From positions 750,364 through 814,363 of the forward strand of contig JAKMXF010000133.1 in assembly GCA_024704765.1 (NCBI GenBank): a stretch of DNA of 64,000 nucleotides, read 5' to 3'. The notes beneath the pieces were generated by a model, which saw only the letters and a list, made by a program, of their open reading frames with translations, was not told the DNA's origin and made no database searches. Position 1 is the first letter of the stretch. Each line of letters begins with the position of its first letter. The stretch comes from Oopsacas minuta (lineage: Eukaryota > Animalia > Porifera). The translations under genes and the position numbers were made by a program. Shown here in pieces: positions 60,363 through 64,000 of the stretch.

Positions 60363-62690
60363 CAATGTTACGGTTACAGGAACTAACTACAAAATAGAAA
60401 ATTATACAAAAATGAGTGAAAGCCTAATATACTTTCTATCAACATCTTAATGATATGAATATTCCTAATAATGTCAATTACTTATGATTAAAACGCGACA
60501 GTACGACTATAATGCCAGAGCATTGGAATTTTTGTGAAAGCACTTGAAGGTCAGGTACAGTTCCTAGTGGTACGTTAAAATGAATTGATTTTAATTGTTT
60601 CAGCTCCCAATTGTATAGAATCTCGTAGGCAGGTATTATTTCATTACAAGTCATGGTGGAATATTATGAACTTCTGGTATTAACAGGACAATCGTACCAT
60701 TTATAATTCCAATAGCATTTATAGTTCATGTATCACCAAATATGAAGTTTCTTATGGTATTACGATAATTGGGGAATTTAATTATTATGCGACTTGCTTT
60801 AGCTATATTAGCTCATTATTTAATAGGTTGGTTGGTACTGATATGCTGATACGGGAATCTACGAATAATAATTCCAAAACTCGCTAATCCAAACAGAGTA
60901 TTGTTCAAAATTACAGCCAAAATCGGAGGTTTCCTTGTAGATGGCAAACAGGAGTGTTGCTCGGATTAACAAGTTATAATATCTACAATTTCGCGAAACT
61001 GATAATTAGAGTCAGCTGTTATCTAAAATCAACCAAAGTAATTTTGGTAAATTTTAGATATCAGTCATCATCTTTTTAATTTTGGGGAAGTTCTATTCCA
61101 GAAATATAAAAATCACTAAAATTCCAATATTATATTATTTGCATATAGGAATTACGAAGAAACAATTTCCACAAAGATTCCACGATAAATGCCAGATATG
61201 ACAAACCCATTGTCAAAATGACCGATTTCAACTGTACATATATTGATGATATTCGGGCAATAACAAACTCAAATAAGCATAAAATTCTATAATTATTTAT
61301 AATTATATTTCCCTAATTAGTGTAATATTTATATACCTATTAGAAATTCAAGCAAGAGCTGTTTAATAAAATTATAATTGTTGTAATTAAATTAACATCA
61401 ACAACGAACCAAAAATATTCATTTATATTCCATAATTTGTGTGTTGTAATAGCTAATAAGGGGCCAAACAAGACAATGACTTGCATAACTAGATTTTAAT
61501 TATTACTAAGGCTTAAACATTGTGTGTGTAATTTCTGTGAGAATTTAAATTGACAACCAATATTTCCACTTTATTTTAAAGTATTAATTGAGTAAGCAAA
61601 CAGAGAATCCACAAACTCGTAAAAGTTCATTTTGGCATTTGTGAAATTATTACATTTATTTTAGAAGATCCTTAATTATTGCAATTCATAAATAATTGCA
61701 AATACTTTTTCATGGGAAATTAGGGATGAGTCGAGATAAGAGGCATTTTGTCAGATTTATAACTTTGCACCAAATTTAAGAGAAATTTCATGAGATAGCC
61801 ACAATAAATTTTGACGAATAATCTTAGATTATTATAGGAAGTTATCCATGATATTAACGCGATTCTTTCCAAATCGCGTTAATATTCGTTGAGCGTTTAT
61901 TCCCAGACCCTAGTTTCATGCACTATCATATTTAACACTCTGATATTTCCAATACGGCTAACAATGGGTAGGAAACTTCTAGCTTACTTTTACAGATGTT
62001 CAACTGGGTTTAGGTTTAGAAGAACTATTTATAATTTTGAAGGACAAAATTAAATACCAAATATTTAGTAGTAAATTTGATGTATCTGAAGATCTTTTGT
62101 CTCAAATCGCATTAATTTCCTATAGTAAGGTAATACCATGTACATATATGGCGTTGCTAAGAACTAGCACGAATAGCTATAAATATGCAAATATATTTGT
62201 TGGAGAGAATAACGAGATTCCTAAGGTACCAAAAATTATTGGAAAATTTTCAGCTTACTCCAATCTATCCAAGGTTTGTAATCGATATATTTTTACGGGC
62301 GTTAAAACCATAATATAAATATAGCATTGCAAAGAGCACCATAGCTGATGCAACATTGTTACAGGAAAATAGAATACGGTATGTTCCTATTTCCATGTAA
62401 AAAGTTTCTTGCAACAAATTTTCCCTCAAAATTACGAAAAAATAAAAGTTGCAGAGTGTATGGTGGACGTAAAGCGACAAAATATTATATCATTATGTAA
62501 TAAATAAAGTGCTGTATTTACACATAATTTTAGCCATTTGCCAGCATTTGTATATAACAACTATCTTTTCTGTATTGTATTAGTTGAAGGATACATTTGC
62601 ATTAGGCACAGAGCTGTTTGGAATAAAGCGGGCGTCAATTAACGCCCATTAAATGTAAAATTTATACATGGGGGTAAATAAGTTATGCTA

Positions 62691-64000
62691 CTATGACTCA
62701 TGAAGCTCTACATACAAATTCCTGTGTAAATATGTATCGATATTATTATTTAGCAGATAATGCAGATAATTACATTTTTGTATATGATTGTGGCTCCACA
62801 GAACAAGATATCTAAATAGAGTAGGTATTGAATTAATACTCACAGAAGCTTATTATTATTATTATGATAATGATTTTAATGTACTTCAAATTCCTGCTGT
62901 ATATTATTTTAATTTAACTAATAATATTCTCTGTACAATAATAGGCCACACAAAAGAAACATAAACATTAGAAGAACTAATTATTAAACAATTAAATTTG
63001 ATCTTGAATATAACGATATGTAATTTGTTAGATCGATTACAGAAGTATTAATTGGAAAATAATGAGAATTAAAGTACGAACAAATCTTCAATCGTTTGTG
63101 AGATAAATTAGCTTAAAATACGAATTATTTAAATGTTCATTAACTTAAAATGATAAATATAAATACTCGAACAGTTTCATAATATAAGAAAAACAATAAA
63201 TAACAAATTTAATAAATCAAAGCTCACCATTCCGGTCCAGATGTAAGGCGAGGTTTTATTCTTATTATCACCAGTGCCATTTCCACTAGATTTAGTGGCT
63301 GCACCAGTACTAAACATAACAACAATTAGAAATATATTGATTAATGATACGACTGGAGCAACTTATACTTGAACCATTGCTTACGTATCGTAGTAGTATT
63401 GACCTTGTAAGGAAATGGATGGAACTGAATATATGAATATATTACAAGGATTTTGCTCAAAATATTCTATTACGCATCAAATTATCGCTAATACAAAACA
63501 AATATTGTATTAATGTACGTAATATATTATTATAAGCATTAGCTAAGAGCGTTACACTGGAGCATGGAGGGTGTGGAAGTACTAAAAGACAGTGAGAGCA
63601 TAAGAAGTTTGAAGGAATTAATTGCCCTGAATAGTATATGTTGTAGTCGATGAAATTATTGATCCGGTAATCGCCGAACCTGCCGGACCTACGCCTCTAT
63701 TATACGTTATAACACTACACCATATAATTATATATGCTGGTTGGACCAATAAAACAAGATGAATCTGAATACCTTCAAATAAATACAATATCAAATTCAG
63801 TGGCGTAGCCAGGAATAGTTGGAAGGGGGGGGGGGGCAATTAAAATTATTTATTACACTAAACATAACAAATAACCTAATTACCAATATATTATATTACG
63901 TGTATCAATTTATTTTTAATGAATATACTATGAATGATGTCTATCGAAATCTAATCAACACAGCACATACCAAGATAATTGTAATCTCCTATCTGCCATG
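62691..64000 (-). CDS. 3' end of an unidentified multi-exon gene running off the window
   Basis: Six GT-AG exons with consistent phases give ..WQIGDYNYLVLPHPPCSSFHPFPYKVNTTTIRKQWFKYKLLQSTGAATKSSGNGTGDNKNKTSPYIWTGMISCSVEPQSYTKMNLYVELHES-TAG; no family recognised. Confidence 0.45.

Noticed and set aside
60480-61280. Hydrophobic frames with TGA codons suggesting a mitochondrial insert (NUMT)
   Set aside because: Reading TGA as Trp still leaves TAA/TAG stops, and no cox1, cob or nad motif is recognisable.
61995-62318. ~110 open codons on the + strand with a possible acceptor
   Set aside because: No recognisable motif, no ATG and no linked exons; cannot be supported.

Overview
AT-rich, gene-dense eukaryotic DNA from an animal; the compact layout suggests an early-branching metazoan such as a glass sponge (inference, not provable from this window). 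Two long multi-exon genes are present: a PH-RhoGAP (+) and a USP24 orthologue (-, 11995-37407). A 3-exon DNase II lies between them. The other conserved genes are single-ORF: SNX17, a type II DGK, GMPPB, ZC3H15, MARS1, RPS21, RSPH1, an SLC6 transporter, a BTB protein and an orphan coiled-coil+DUSP protein. tRNA-Ser(AGA) and tRNA-Gly(TCC) are also present. DGK and GMPPB sit antisense inside two consecutive USP24 introns, separated by one 120-bp USP24 exon. Intergenic and intronic DNA carries many DNA-transposon relics. The most notable are two decayed RAG1-like/Transib transposase elements: one is bounded by perfect RSS-heptamer (CACAGTG) termini and has a possible CTT*-like Cys/His tail, the other preserves the whole D-D-E core. 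Others are a Chapaev relic, a TIR element carrying an OTU-protease fragment, a 916-bp foldback element, an inverted-array/minisatellite composite and several MITE families. A 31-bp-stem hairpin in a GC-richer, structure-rich patch upstream of tRNA-Ser may be an unannotated ncRNA. All alignments were done by eye against remembered family motifs; no searches were run.
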